DNA of 32,265 nucleotides from Fibrobacteria bacterium (GTDB lineage: Bacteria > Fibrobacterota > Fibrobacteria > UBA11236): positions 1 to 32,265 of the forward strand of contig JAYTHY010000071.1 in the NCBI GenBank assembly GCA_043732185.1. The letters run 5' to 3'. Below are positions 1 through 11,719 of this stretch, piece by piece. The position numbers and the translations under genes were made by a program. The notes beneath the pieces were generated by a model that was given only the letters and a program-made list of their open reading frames with translations, had not been told where the DNA came from and made no database searches. The stretch's first letter is position 1. Each line of letters starts with the position of its first letter.

Positions 1-97
1 AATATTTCGGTGATTTCCAGTTCAGTAAATTCCATATTGACCAATGATTATAGTCTAAATTATATGGACGAGGTTGTCAAATACCCTGAGTAGTTAC

Positions 98-125
98 AAA
101 TCAGGATAAAATCAGGATAAAATCA
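98..125 (+). repeat. 11-bp tandem direct repeat (AAATCAGGATA x2 plus partial AAATCA) just upstream of the Hpt gene
   Basis: 98-108 and 109-119 are identical; 120-125 is a partial third copy; each full unit contains AGGA. Confidence 0.85.
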
Positions 126-129
126 AGCC

Positions 130-483
130 ATGGATGACGCACTCAATTTGGAAACACTCGCTTCCTTGCGAGGGTTGGACGAACCGGGTAAGAAGGAATT
201 CCTTGCGGAAATCATACAAGCCTATATGACGGATACCGAGGATCGCCTCAAAGTTTTGTGGACAATGCATGGGTCCGGGAATCTGGAAGGCTTAGCCAAA
301 ATCGCCCATGCCATAAAGGGTAGCAGTTTGAATGTTGGGGCGGATGGATTGGCCGTTTTAATGCGAGCTATTGAAATGGACGGCAAAAGCGGAAAATTAG
401 CTAAGCGAGAAAGCCTTAATGAAGCGGCCGCCCTTTTTCAGAGGTCCAAGCAAAGCCTTGAATCGTATTTAGCCTCGGCTTAA
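130..483 (+). CDS. Stand-alone Hpt (histidine phosphotransfer) protein
   Basis: 117 aa, helical; phospho-His motif AHAIKGSSLNVGA. Confidence 0.9.
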   Translation: MDDALNLETLASLRGLDEPGKKEFLAEIIQAYMTDTEDRLKVLWTMHGSGNLEGLAKIAHAIKGSSLNVGADGLAVLMRAIEMDGKSGKLAKRESLNEAAALFQRSKQSLESYLASA

Positions 484-808
484 AGGGGGATGGGTAAAAA
501 GCGATTTAAGTTTTTCTATTGTATACTAACTTGTTTTCCAAAACGCACTAATTGCCTTCCTGGCTCACTGAAGCGCAATATATACAGCCCCGCCTATCTA
601 TAAAGGTTGTAAATCCTAACCCTTGATGTAGCCAAAAATCGAATTAAAATTCGGAAAACCAAAATAAAAGTGCAAATAAATTCAGCTGTTTTTCAAATAC
701 CTATTGACTGTAGGCACTGCCTTCCTATAACCTGACAGAGGATAAAAACCAAGCGACAAAAGGAACCATGCGAAGTGAATTGGTTAGCTACCCAATACAG
801 AAATTAGC

Positions 809-3499
809 ATGCTTGTGAACCTCAAAATTCAAGCACTCATCGAATCGATTTCCGAATCACTAGTGCTTTGGGACGGGAAAGATGGCGTTGAACTAGCTGA
901 AAAGTTCAACCAGATTTCCGTGGCGGCCAATTCTCTCGATCAGGCTCAGGCTGCGGAAGCTTGCACAAAAGCGAGTAAAAGCTTGGCAAACATAAATCCA
1001 CAAAATAAAAATACGACAACGACCTACCTCGAACAAGTTGTCACGGGACTTCAGAATATCTTTATGAATGGATATAAGCAGGAACAGGTCTTTGTTTTTC
1101 AATCAGAAAATTGCGCAACAATTCCATTTACGGTATCCAACTATGTAGACAAAAAGATTTTATCCGACTTTCTATCGCGCCAGGACACTGTTCTAGAGCA
1201 ATTCGAATCTTGTATCTTAGAATTTGAAAAACAAAAAAATTTGGAAGCGCTGCCAATTATGCTCCGCATTCTCCATACTTTAAAAGGCGAATCGGCCCTG
1301 CTTGGATTAAGTGAAGTCGAGAGAGTATGTCATTCCTTAGAGGGGTATCTAAGTGCCTTTGTGTCCACAGTAAATGATTGTACTGGAATTAAAATTGATG
1401 TATTGCTGGAAGCCAAAGACTGGTTCCAACACGTTTTCCGGTTTCTTTCCGGAAAAGGAACCGTGCCTGATTCAGCTGATTTGATATGCAATTGCTTATT
1501 AGAACCTAGTTCTCATACTGTGATTTTGGAAAATCCTAATAGTTCAGATGAAGTACCCTCAAAATGTGAAATCAATTTGGAAAACGATGAAAATACCGAT
1601 GCCGATGCAATGCCTTTGTCCGATTGGATTGAAGTTCCCATCGGTGCGGACGCATCCATTCTCTCTGATTTTCTTGTCGAAGCAAAGGAGCATTTAGAAG
1701 TGGCCGATTTGAGCATCATGTCTTTAGAGACGGATCCAAAAAGCCAGCAATCCATGAATACAATTTTCCGAGCCTTTCATTCTATAAAAGGCGTGGCAGC
1801 TTTTCTTGAAATGAAAGGGATTCGAACTTTAGCCCATGAGGTGGAAACACTTTTGGATAAGGTAAGGGGTGGGAAAGTAGCCGTAACGTGCCGAATGATT
1901 GACGTTTTTTTGGAATCAGTAGACGCAATGCGAAAAATTGTATCCGCCTTGCAAGGCCCGTCCAACCATAACTTTCCTCCAGAACAGACGACAATCTGGA
2001 ATAAGCTGCTTGGAAAAATTCGACATGCCCAATATGAGAATTTAGCGGCTTTGCCTAATTCTGATATGCCAAATGAAACTGCAGTTAAATCTCATATCAA
2101 ACAACCGTTAGGTGAAATCTTAGTTCAATCTGGTTCCGTCACTTTTGAAAATATCCAGGCAACCTTGAAAACCCAAAAAATGGTGGACCCGCCTCCAAGG
2201 TTAGGCGAGCTATTGGTAAAGGAAGGGCTTGCGTCGGCAATAGAAGTGACTCAGGCCCTAAGAAGTCAGCGGCCGGCTGAGGCAGAACCTTCGCCCAATA
2301 GTGAGCGCACTCAGGTAGCAGTGAAAGAAACAGTGAAAGTGGAAGCGGATCGATTGGATCGGCTTTTGGATGCCATCGGCGAACTTGTTATCGCAGAATC
2401 CATGATTGTCCAATCCAATGAACTTAAAGGAAAGGTCACCCCTTTAATGGCGCAGCGTCTCGCGCACCTGGACAAAATTACTCGTGGCCTGCAGCAGATG
2501 GGAACCTCATTGCGCATGGTACCCATTCGACCAATTTTCCAAAAAATGACACGTCTGGTCCGAGACTTAGGCAAGAAGCATAATAAGTCTATTGAATTTA
2601 TCACATATGGTGATGAAACAGAATTAGACAAAACCGTAGTTGAAAAAATCGGAGATCCTCTTGTACACATGGTTCGAAATGCTGTAGACCATGGTATTGA
2701 ATCGGATCCTTCGCAAAGAATAGCACTCGGGAAACCAGGAAAGGCAACGTTAACACTGAGCGCATTCCAAAAAGGCGGTAACATTTGTATTAAACTGGAA
2801 GACGATGGCCGCGGTCTCAATCGAGATGCCATTCTAGCCAAGGCACGTGAAAATGGTTTAATTAGACCTGACGCAGTTATGGAAGATCGGGATGTTTGGC
2901 AGCTTATTTTTGAGCCAGGTTTTTCTACTGCCAAGGAAGTTACGGAAACATCGGGTCGAGGCGTGGGAATGGATGTCGTAAAACGAAATGTACAAGAATT
3001 AAGAGGGCGAATTGACATTCAATCCCAATCTGGAATAGGTACATCCTTTAGCATCTGGCTTCCGTTAACATTGGCTATAATCGACGGAATGATTGTTCGC
3101 TTAGGTAAGGAGCGATTTATTTTTCCAACATTATCCATCTTACGAATAGTGCCATTAGTGAAAGACGAAATTCATACCGTAATTGATAAGGGAGAAATGC
3201 TTAAGCTTCAGGATGAAATGATTCCACTGCTGAGGCTTAACCAAATTTATCCTGGATTTCACTCCTTGGGCTGGAGTCGATTAGCCGTAATCGTTGAATC
3301 TGACGGTCAAAAGGTAGGCATTCCTGTGGATGAGCTTCTCGGACAACAGCAAATTGTGATTAAAGGTTTGGGAGAATCCTTCAAAAATATCGCAGGATTG
3401 ACGGGAGGCGCGATACTATCGGATGGAATGGTTGGAATGATTTTGGATGTGGATGGATTGATGAAATACATCTATCAGGAAGAAACAAGAGTATCGTAG
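809..3499 (+). CDS. cheA: Chemotaxis histidine kinase CheA with two Hpt domains and an MshEN-like segment
   Basis: Hpt motifs LHTLKGES and FHSIKGVA; dimerisation VKVEADRLDRLLDAIGELVI; HATPase boxes HMVRNAVDHGIE, EDDGRGL, FEPGFSTAKEVTETSGRGVGMDVV; LPLTLAI followed by a CheW-like domain. Confidence 0.97.
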   Translation: MLVNLKIQALIESISESLVLWDGKDGVELAEKFNQISVAANSLDQAQAAEACTKASKSLANINPQNKNTTTTYLEQVVTGLQNIFMNGYKQEQVFVFQSENCATIPFTVSNYVDKKILSDFLSRQDTVLEQFESCILEFEKQKNLEALPIMLRILHTLKGESALLGLSEVERVCHSLEGYLSAFVSTVNDCTGIKIDVLLEAKDWFQHVFRFLSGKGTVPDSADLICNCLLEPSSHTVILENPNSSDEVPSKCEINLENDENTDADAMPLSDWIEVPIGADASILSDFLVEAKEHLEVADLSIMSLETDPKSQQSMNTIFRAFHSIKGVAAFLEMKGIRTLAHEVETLLDKVRGGKVAVTCRMIDVFLESVDAMRKIVSALQGPSNHNFPPEQTTIWNKLLGKIRHAQYENLAALPNSDMPNETAVKSHIKQPLGEILVQSGSVTFENIQATLKTQKMVDPPPRLGELLVKEGLASAIEVTQALRSQRPAEAEPSPNSERTQVAVKETVKVEADRLDRLLDAIGELVIAESMIVQSNELKGKVTPLMAQRLAHLDKITRGLQQMGTSLRMVPIRPIFQKMTRLVRDLGKKHNKSIEFITYGDETELDKTVVEKIGDPLVHMVRNAVDHGIESDPSQRIALGKPGKATLTLSAFQKGGNICIKLEDDGRGLNRDAILAKARENGLIRPDAVMEDRDVWQLIFEPGFSTAKEVTETSGRGVGMDVVKRNVQELRGRIDIQSQSGIGTSFSIWLPLTLAIIDGMIVRLGKERFIFPTLSILRIVPLVKDEIHTVIDKGEMLKLQDEMIPLLRLNQIYPGFHSLGWSRLAVIVESDGQKVGIPVDELLGQQQIVIKGLGESFKNIAGLTGGAILSDGMVGMILDVDGLMKYIYQEETRVS

Positions 3500-3539
3500 T
3501 GTTTAAAACTCACATAGACTCAAAGAGAAAGGAAAAATA

Positions 3540-4055
3540 ATGGCGGTCGATACAACAACAAATCAAGACAAAGGTTCTGGAATCCTAGCGAAAGCCGGAA
3601 AATATTTGACGTTTAATATAGGACGAGAAATTTATGGAATAGAAATTTTAAAGGTTCAGGAAATCATCGGAATGATGCCTGTAACACGGGTGCCAAAAAC
3701 ACCGGATTTTGTGCGTGGTGTTGTGAATTTACGTGGAAAAGTCATACCAGTTATCGATTTAAGGCTAAAGTTTGAGTTAGAAAACCTCGATGATACAGAT
3801 CGTACTTGTATCATTGTCGTTCAAGTTCTGATCAGTGGGACATCTGTTATTATGGGCCTTATTGTCGACGAAGTTTCAGAAGTTTTAAATGTGCTTGTCA
3901 ATCAGTTGGAAGCGGCCCCAACTTTTGGTTTGCAAGTCAATACGGATTTCATTTTGGGAATGGGTAAGGTCGGGCAAAAAGTAGTTATGCTATTGGATGT
4001 AGATAAGGTTTTGTCGGCTGGTGAATCGTTGGCCTTAGGAAGCTTTAAAAATTAA
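3540..4055 (+). CDS. cheW: Chemotaxis coupling protein CheW
   Basis: KYLTF...VQEIIG...[27 protein letters not shown]...[19 protein letters not shown] upstream. Confidence 0.97.
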   Translation: MAVDTTTNQDKGSGILAKAGKYLTFNIGREIYGIEILKVQEIIGMMPVTRVPKTPDFVRGVVNLRGKVIPVIDLRLKFELENLDDTDRTCIIVVQVLISGTSVIMGLIVDEVSEVLNVLVNQLEAAPTFGLQVNTDFILGMGKVGQKVVMLLDVDKVLSAGESLALGSFKN

Positions 4056-4084
4056 ATCGAAAGACTTTAAAAAGGGGAATTAAT

Positions 4085-5788
4085 ATGTTAAAAGGAATTA
4101 GTTTAAGCTCAAAATTATATTTAGGATTTGGTGTCGTACTATTTGTGGCCACGGCTTTGGGAGCATTTGCATATGTCAAGCTTATCGGCATCAGGGAAAA
4201 CCAATTACTAATAACTACAGATTGTTTACCGGGAGTTTATAGCATAGGAGAAATGAAATCACAAGCCATTTCCATTCAGGCAATTACCCTTGATTTGGTA
4301 ACTGCCACGGAAAAAAATTTGATTGAATCCGACCTAAGAAAAATTGAAGAAATAAAAACCGCCATAGACAAAACCATGCTTGATTACGAAAAAACCATAA
4401 CCCGTTCCGCAGACCGCGATTTTTTCAATCAAATAAAGGCCGCCAGAGAATCCTACGTTAGCGCGCGAAGTTTGGAAATAATTCCGCTCGTAAATGAGAA
4501 TAAAGGAAAAGAAGCCAGGCAAATAATGGAGAATAAAGGCATACCAGCTTACAATAAATTTTTAGCAGCCATACAAGCTTCAGTTGATGATAATAAAACA
4601 AGCGCTGATAAAGCCGGAGAAAAAATTGAAAATGCGATCCAAAGCGCAAAGTTCGGAATAATTTCTGGTCTATTACTGGCAATTGCTTTGGGCGGCTCAA
4701 TTGGAATCTTGCTTAGTCGATCCGTTTCGAGTGCTCTGAACAAGGTAATCGCTTCTCTCTCCGAAGGCAGTGACCAGGTTTCTGCCGCATCAACTGAAGT
4801 TAGCCAAAGCAGTCAGCAAATGGCCGAAGGCGCTAGTGAACAGGCGTCCTCATTGGAAGAAACATCCGCCTCTTTGGAAGAAATGTCTTCGATGACTAAA
4901 CAGAATAGTGACAATGCCCGCCAAGCAAATGTAATGGCAAATGATGCCCGTCAAGCTTTAGAAAAAAGCCGAAGTGCCATGACACGGATGAGCGAGGCGA
5001 TTGGTCGTATTAAGGATTCTTCCGATCAAACAGCAAAAATTATCAAGACTATAGACGAAATTGCATTTCAAACCAATTTACTGGCGTTAAACGCTGCTGT
5101 GGAAGCAGCAAGGGCCGGTGATGCCGGTAAAGGTTTCGCCGTGGTGGCAGAGGAAGTTCGAAATTTGGCACAAAGAAGTGCAGAAGCAGCCAAGAATACG
5201 GCATCATTAATTGAACAATCGCAAAAAAATTCAGATAGTGGTGTTTCGGTATCACAAGAAGTCGCCGCCATATTAACTCAAACCGTTGAGTCCGTGAATA
5301 AATTAAGCCAACTCATCGGTGAAGTTGCCAGCGCCAGCGCTGAGCAGGCTAAAGGCGTTGAACAAATAGGCACTGCGGTAACCCAAATGGATAAATTGAC
5401 TCAAACAAATGCCGCCAATGCCGAAGAATCGGCCTCTGCTTCCGAAGAGCTTTCCGCCCAAGCGAATGAACTCCGAGATATGGTAAGTACCTTGGTAAGC
5501 ATTGTTGCTGGGGCTTCTGATAGCAGCGGTCTACGAAGTATGCCAGTTAATTTTGGGAAATCTGCAAGTCAGTCAGTCGTAAATTCAAAAAATAAAAACG
5601 CAAAAAGATTTGCACCAATGGGTCCGAAACTACAAGTAAATGGTCACGCAAAAAATGATTGGACTCCAGTAGGTAACGGTAAGGGAAAAAATATTACAGC
5701 TAAAAATGATACTATGAGAATGGCTTCTAGTACTTCCCATGCCGAGTCGGTTATCCCACTTGATGAGGATGAGTTGAAAGACTTTTAA
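4085..5788 (+). CDS. Methyl-accepting chemotaxis protein (2 TM, four-helix-bundle-type periplasmic sensor)
   Basis: TM1 near the N-terminus, TM2 [20 protein letters not shown]; hairpin tip [37 protein letters not shown]; flexible tail ending [11 protein letters not shown]. Confidence 0.97.
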   Translation: MLKGISLSSKLYLGFGVVLFVATALGAFAYVKLIGIRENQLLITTDCLPGVYSIGEMKSQAISIQAITLDLVTATEKNLIESDLRKIEEIKTAIDKTMLDYEKTITRSADRDFFNQIKAARESYVSARSLEIIPLVNENKGKEARQIMENKGIPAYNKFLAAIQASVDDNKTSADKAGEKIENAIQSAKFGIISGLLLAIALGGSIGILLSRSVSSALNKVIASLSEGSDQVSAASTEVSQSSQQMAEGASEQASSLEETSASLEEMSSMTKQNSDNARQANVMANDARQALEKSRSAMTRMSEAIGRIKDSSDQTAKIIKTIDEIAFQTNLLALNAAVEAARAGDAGKGFAVVAEEVRNLAQRSAEAAKNTASLIEQSQKNSDSGVSVSQEVAAILTQTVESVNKLSQLIGEVASASAEQAKGVEQIGTAVTQMDKLTQTNAANAEESASASEELSAQANELRDMVSTLVSIVAGASDSSGLRSMPVNFGKSASQSVVNSKNKNAKRFAPMGPKLQVNGHAKNDWTPVGNGKGKNITAKNDTMRMASSTSHAESVIPLDEDELKDF

Positions 5789-5982
5789 AAAATCAGGGGT
5801 GAAAGGAAATAAATGGTGTTTTTTAAAAGTTTTATTCAGGGCAAGAAATTGGTTGCTGTTCTCCTTCCGCCCACAAATGTTTTATGGATTTCAGCTGCAG
5901 GAACTGAATTCAATTCTCATGAACTTAATTGTTATGGTTAAGGGAAATGTCGAGAAGTCCATAACGGGAGAAAATATATAGC

Positions 5983-6792
5983 ATGCAGCTTGATTCTAAA
6001 ATTTACCATGAATTTAGGACATTGGTTTATGATGTTAGCGGTATCAACCTGGGAGACGGTAAGGAAGCACTGGTAAGTTCTCGTATCGGAAAAAGAATGC
6101 GAATTTTAGGTATGGCAGAATTTAAAACTTACCTTAGTATGGTACGGGCTGATCCTGCAGGAGAGGAACTTGTTCACCTTCTCGATGCAATTTCTACGAA
6201 TGTGACTAGTTTTTTTCGTGAACCGGCTCATTTTGATTTGATTCGTGAGCTATTCGATGGATGGCTTAGTGCGGGTCAAAGAAGGTTTCGATTTTGGTCT
6301 GCTGCAAGTTCAACAGGTGAAGAGCCCTATACTTTAGCCATGACTCTCGCAGAGGTTTTGTGCGGCCGAGATGTGGATTTGAAGATATTAGCTACGGATA
6401 TTTCTTCTCGCGTGCTAGAAACGGCATCACTGGGAGAATATTCCGAATCTAAATTAAGCGGAATTCCGCCAGCCTTTCGTGGGAAATACTTCAATAAAAT
6501 CGGTGATCGTGGGGATTTTCATTTTAAAATTAAAGATGACCTGCGAAAGTGGGTGGTTTTCAAAAGGTTTAATCTTTCTACACCCCCTTTCCCAATGCCA
6601 GGCCCATTGGACTTAGTATTGTGTAGAAATGTGATGATTTACTTTGATAACCATGTTCGGCAAGGATTGCTGTCAGAAATTTACCGAATGTTGAAACCTG
6701 AGGGCTACTTGCTGGTTGGTCATGCTGAAAGTCTGAATGGCATAAAAACCGATTTTAAAGTTGTTCGCCCATCCATCTACAGGAAGAATTAA
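5983..6792 (+). CDS. cheR: Chemotaxis methyltransferase CheR
   Basis: STNVTSFFRE, WSAASSTGEEPY, ILATDIS, CRNVMIYFD, GHAESL motifs. Confidence 0.97.
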   Translation: MQLDSKIYHEFRTLVYDVSGINLGDGKEALVSSRIGKRMRILGMAEFKTYLSMVRADPAGEELVHLLDAISTNVTSFFREPAHFDLIRELFDGWLSAGQRRFRFWSAASSTGEEPYTLAMTLAEVLCGRDVDLKILATDISSRVLETASLGEYSESKLSGIPPAFRGKYFNKIGDRGDFHFKIKDDLRKWVVFKRFNLSTPPFPMPGPLDLVLCRNVMIYFDNHVRQGLLSEIYRMLKPEGYLLVGHAESLNGIKTDFKVVRPSIYRKN

Positions 6793-6795
6793 AGG

Positions 6796-7272
6796 ATGAA
6801 AATCATAGTAGGCGTCGCAGATATGCGCTATTCTGATCAGGAAGAAGATTTAATAATCACGTATTCCTTAGGTTCGTGTATTGGTTTAACACTATTTGAT
6901 TCGGAAAAAAGAATAGGAGGATTAGTCCATTGCATGCTACCACTATCAAAATCCAATTTGGAAAAAGCATCTGTGAATCCTTATATGTTTATTGATTCTG
7001 GTGTTTCCGCATTTTTGAAAATTCTTTTTGATATGGGTGCCCAAAGAAAATCTTTAGTTGCTAAAGTTGCCGGTGGCGCACAAATTATGGATGATAAAGG
7101 TCTTTTTAATATTGGAGAGCGAAATAATACAGTTGTTAAAAAAATGCTTTGGAAAAACAACATTCTTATTTCTGGTGAAGAAGTAGGCGGTGGTATTCCA
7201 CGCACTCTTTCTTTGGAATTATCCTCTGGAAGAACATTTTTAAAGTCGTGCGGAGTGGAAAGGGAATTATGA
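6796..7272 (+). CDS. cheD: Chemoreceptor glutamine deamidase CheD
   Basis: LGSCIG catalytic Cys, GGLVHCMLP, AKVAGGA, IGERN motifs. Confidence 0.95.
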   Translation: MKIIVGVADMRYSDQEEDLIITYSLGSCIGLTLFDSEKRIGGLVHCMLPLSKSNLEKASVNPYMFIDSGVSAFLKILFDMGAQRKSLVAKVAGGAQIMDDKGLFNIGERNNTVVKKMLWKNNILISGEEVGGGIPRTLSLELSSGRTFLKSCGVEREL

Positions 7273-7305
7273 GATTTCAATTTTTAAACAAAAAAAGATG
7301 CGCTT

Positions 7306-7683
7306 ATGGCTTATAATATTTTGATAGTCGATGATTCGGAAACAGTTCGATCCATTGTGGGAAAGGCGATTGAAATGGCGGGCATCCCAATCAAAACTTT
7401 GTTGACTGCAGTCAATGGAAAGGATGCCTTGGCTGTTCTCAGCCGCGAGTGGGTGGATTTGGTTTTTGCAGATATCAACATGCCAGTGATGGGAGGCGTC
7501 GAAATGATCAGTTTGATGAAATTGGACGTTGATATGAAGGATATTCCAGTGATCGTACTTTCAACTGAAGGGAGTGCTACTCGTATTAAAGTGCTGTTGG
7601 ATAGTGGTGTGAACGCTTTTTTACGAAAGCCATTTACCCCAGAATCTCTGAAAACCACTATTGAATCAGTATTAGGAAAATAG
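7306..7683 (+). CDS. cheY: Single-domain CheY-like response regulator
   Basis: ILIVDDS, DLVFADINMP (phospho-Asp), STEG, FLRKPF; lies inside the che cluster. Confidence 0.88.
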   Translation: MAYNILIVDDSETVRSIVGKAIEMAGIPIKTLLTAVNGKDALAVLSREWVDLVFADINMPVMGGVEMISLMKLDVDMKDIPVIVLSTEGSATRIKVLLDSGVNAFLRKPFTPESLKTTIESVLGK

Positions 7684-7687
7684 AGCA

Positions 7688-9222
<1,535 letters not shown>

Positions 9223-9279
9223 TGGATTCTGCAATCTCAGTAATCGGTTGAATTGTTGGCATGTGTTTTTTCCTGCAAC

Positions 9280-11634
9280 TTATTTTTTGACTTCGCTTTT
9301 GTGTTTTTGGGATACTATTTTTTCTAATCCAGCCAATCCAGGATGCTGGGGTGCTACGGCAGCCAAGCGGGGAAGCACTTCCATGGCTTTGTTCCATTTT
9401 TTACTGATAGTGTAAAGCCATGCCAAGGTATATAGATACTCAGGATCCTCGCCACTAATTGCTATGGCATTTTGCAATGCTGTAACAGCCTCGTCCATTC
9501 GGTTAAGCTTTTGTAAAATCAGTCCGAGATTATATTGAATGCGCGCGTTTCGAGGCAGTTTATGCCCGGCTTTATCTAGAAGCTGGGCAGCTGAATCCAA
9601 TTTGTTTTGTCCAGCCAGAATCAAACCCAAATAATAATAGGCATCGGCGTATTCGGGATTCAATTTAATGCAAGTTCTAAACTGGCCTTCGGCTTCTTCT
9701 GCCCTTCCCATCCGATCCAAGAGTAGGGCAAGATTGATACGGGCGGGAATAAAACGGTTGTCCATTTTCAATGCGGCGGAATAGGCTAAAACCGCACTAT
9801 CCTTGTTCCCAAGTTTTTCATGCAATTGACCCAAATTAAATCGACCCCCGGGAAAAAAAGCATTTGCCTCCAGGGCAATGCGGCTTTCCATCAACGCTGA
9901 TTGGTATAGGCTTCGCGCCGAACCGGGGAGCAGGGGAGAGGCCGTAATGAGGCCGTTTACGGCTGCTATGCGCACCGCCAAAAGACTATCCGAAAGCAAT
10001 GGGACTAAGGCGGAAATTCTATCTGACTCCGATGATGCTTGTAGTCCGGTGGCGGCTGCTTGTCTCACCAAGGGTTCGGAATCTTTAATCCCGTTGAGAA
10101 GTGCGCTATGGGAGAGGCCGTTCATATATTCGGAAAGAAGCTGCAATGCCGTTGCCCGCACAATAGGAGAATGCCCACCGTTTTCGGACAAGTTGGAAAA
10201 ATTGGACAAATTGGCCATGCTGATCAAATCGGCTAAGGCGGTATCCGCACCTAGCTTTCCACTTCGTCCTAAAATGAGTTTGTCGGAAAAGTGTGGCTTG
10301 CGCACTGGACCATACCACTTGACCACCCACTGCGAGGCCCAGCTGGCTGGTTTATCGCTGTGGCACTGCGTACACGCATTAGGAGTGCCGTAAAGTGCAC
10401 TTTGATCGGGACGGGGAATGCGCAAGCTATGATCTCGCCTAACATCGACCTGCATATAGGTTTTAGTGGGCATATGGCAATTGATGCAAAGGCTTCCTGT
10501 AGAGCCTTGCAAATGCTGATGGTGCAAGCGTCGGTCGAACATGGTTGCATCATGACACCGGGTACAAAGCGCGTTGTCCACGCCTTTGAGCTTTAGGCTG
10601 TGCGGGTCATGGCAATCCGAACAACGAATGCCATGCTGATACATTTTACTTTGCAGGAAGGAACCATATTCATAATCCTCATCTTGAATCTGCCCGTCCG
10701 GATGATAAATCGATTCACGTAACACTTCAGGGACATACTCATCCAGGAAATTTTTATGATACTGGAAATCCGTTCGCAAGGCCATGCGGCGTGCATGACA
10801 CCGGGCGCAAGCTGCAACTTCTATTTTAGCATCGACGGTTATAGCCTTGTGGGTCCCGTGGGATGTCGGTGCGGCTGGATGCGAGGCTGAGTCGGCGAAT
10901 TGTACGACTAGTCCAAACTTGTTCTTTACACCGTATCCGGAAAACCATTTCGAAATGGTGCTGGAACCGGCCTGCGCCGCATGATTTGCTCCAGTCCCGT
11001 GACAGGCTTCACAGCTGACATTGATTTCCTTCCACTCCGTACTGAAAGTGTCAGCCTGCGCATTATAATTGCGCTTTAGTCCGGTGGAATGACAGTCCGC
11101 ACACATGCCATTCCAATTCTGGCCGGACCGGGTCCAATGCAGCCAATCATCTGCTGGAATGTTCTGATCCCCATTCAAATGAAACCATTGGGAAGATTTG
11201 GTATTCCAAGCCAAGGGCAGGCATTGCAATCGCCCCCCTGGAAACTCAACCAAGTATTGCTGCAGGGGATGGACGCCGAAAGTAAACTGTATCTGAAATT
11301 CACCAAGCACCCCACTTTGACCTTCTGTATGCACAAAGAATTTTCCGTTTTGTTTGTAAAAGCGCGAAAGTATTCCATTATGCAGTAGGCTATCGTTATT
11401 GAAATTGCCAAGCACGGTGGAGTCGCTCGCATGAGCCATGGATTTGGCGTGGTCGCTTTCTTTCCAGGCCTTGACCTCATCGGCATGGCAACGAGCGCAG
11501 GCCTCTTTACCGATGTACTCGGAGTCAGAGGAATATGTCGTGGGGGAAGCCGGGCTTTTAAAACGGCATCCGACTAGGAAGGCAAATACTACCAGTCCTC
11601 CAACCAGTGACAATTTCAAGATTTTAATCGGCAT
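9280..11634 (-). CDS. Multiheme (8 CxxCH) c-type cytochrome lipoprotein with HEAT-like and TPR repeats
   Basis: Lipobox FLVGC; CARCH, CADCH, CEACH, CARCH, CSDCH, CTRCH, CINCH, CTQCH; HEAT-like DSEPLVRQAAA and DSLLAVRIAAV; C-terminal TPRs (PEYADAYYYLG, PRNARIQYNLG). Confidence 0.92.
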   Translation of the reverse strand: MPIKILKLSLVGGLVVFAFLVGCRFKSPASPTTYSSDSEYIGKEACARCHADEVKAWKESDHAKSMAHASDSTVLGNFNNDSLLHNGILSRFYKQNGKFFVHTEGQSGVLGEFQIQFTFGVHPLQQYLVEFPGGRLQCLPLAWNTKSSQWFHLNGDQNIPADDWLHWTRSGQNWNGMCADCHSTGLKRNYNAQADTFSTEWKEINVSCEACHGTGANHAAQAGSSTISKWFSGYGVKNKFGLVVQFADSASHPAAPTSHGTHKAITVDAKIEVAACARCHARRMALRTDFQYHKNFLDEYVPEVLRESIYHPDGQIQDEDYEYGSFLQSKMYQHGIRCSDCHDPHSLKLKGVDNALCTRCHDATMFDRRLHHQHLQGSTGSLCINCHMPTKTYMQVDVRRDHSLRIPRPDQSALYGTPNACTQCHSDKPASWASQWVVKWYGPVRKPHFSDKLILGRSGKLGADTALADLISMANLSNFSNLSENGGHSPIVRATALQLLSEYMNGLSHSALLNGIKDSEPLVRQAAATGLQASSESDRISALVPLLSDSLLAVRIAAVNGLITASPLLPGSARSLYQSALMESRIALEANAFFPGGRFNLGQLHEKLGNKDSAVLAYSAALKMDNRFIPARINLALLLDRMGRAEEAEGQFRTCIKLNPEYADAYYYLGLILAGQNKLDSAAQLLDKAGHKLPRNARIQYNLGLILQKLNRMDEAVTALQNAIAISGEDPEYLYTLAWLYTISKKWNKAMEVLPRLAAVAPQHPGLAGLEKIVSQKHKSEVKK

Positions 11635-11719
11635 AGATATCCAGAAGATAGTTCATGAAAAGTAAAGGAAATATCTAGTTTTCCGAATAGAATTTGTGAC
11701 TATTTAAAAGGAACAGCCT

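Noticed and set aside
666..676. AAAAGTGCAAA, matching one arm of the 16442-16463 palindrome
   Set aside because: Single A-rich half-site in AT-rich DNA; a chance match is likely
711..728. GGCAC sigma-54-like element upstream of cheA
   Set aside because: No GC at the required GG-N10-GC spacing
2311..3018. 235-aa antisense ORF inside cheA, and the many other antisense or alternate-frame ORFs (e.g. 22652-23329, 9878-10393, 7311-7688)
   Set aside because: Fully overlap well-supported genes and show no motifs; expected shadow ORFs
5799..5981. 60-aa ORF between mcp and cheR
   Set aside because: GTG start, no recognisable motif, composition like AT-rich intergenic DNA; probably spurious
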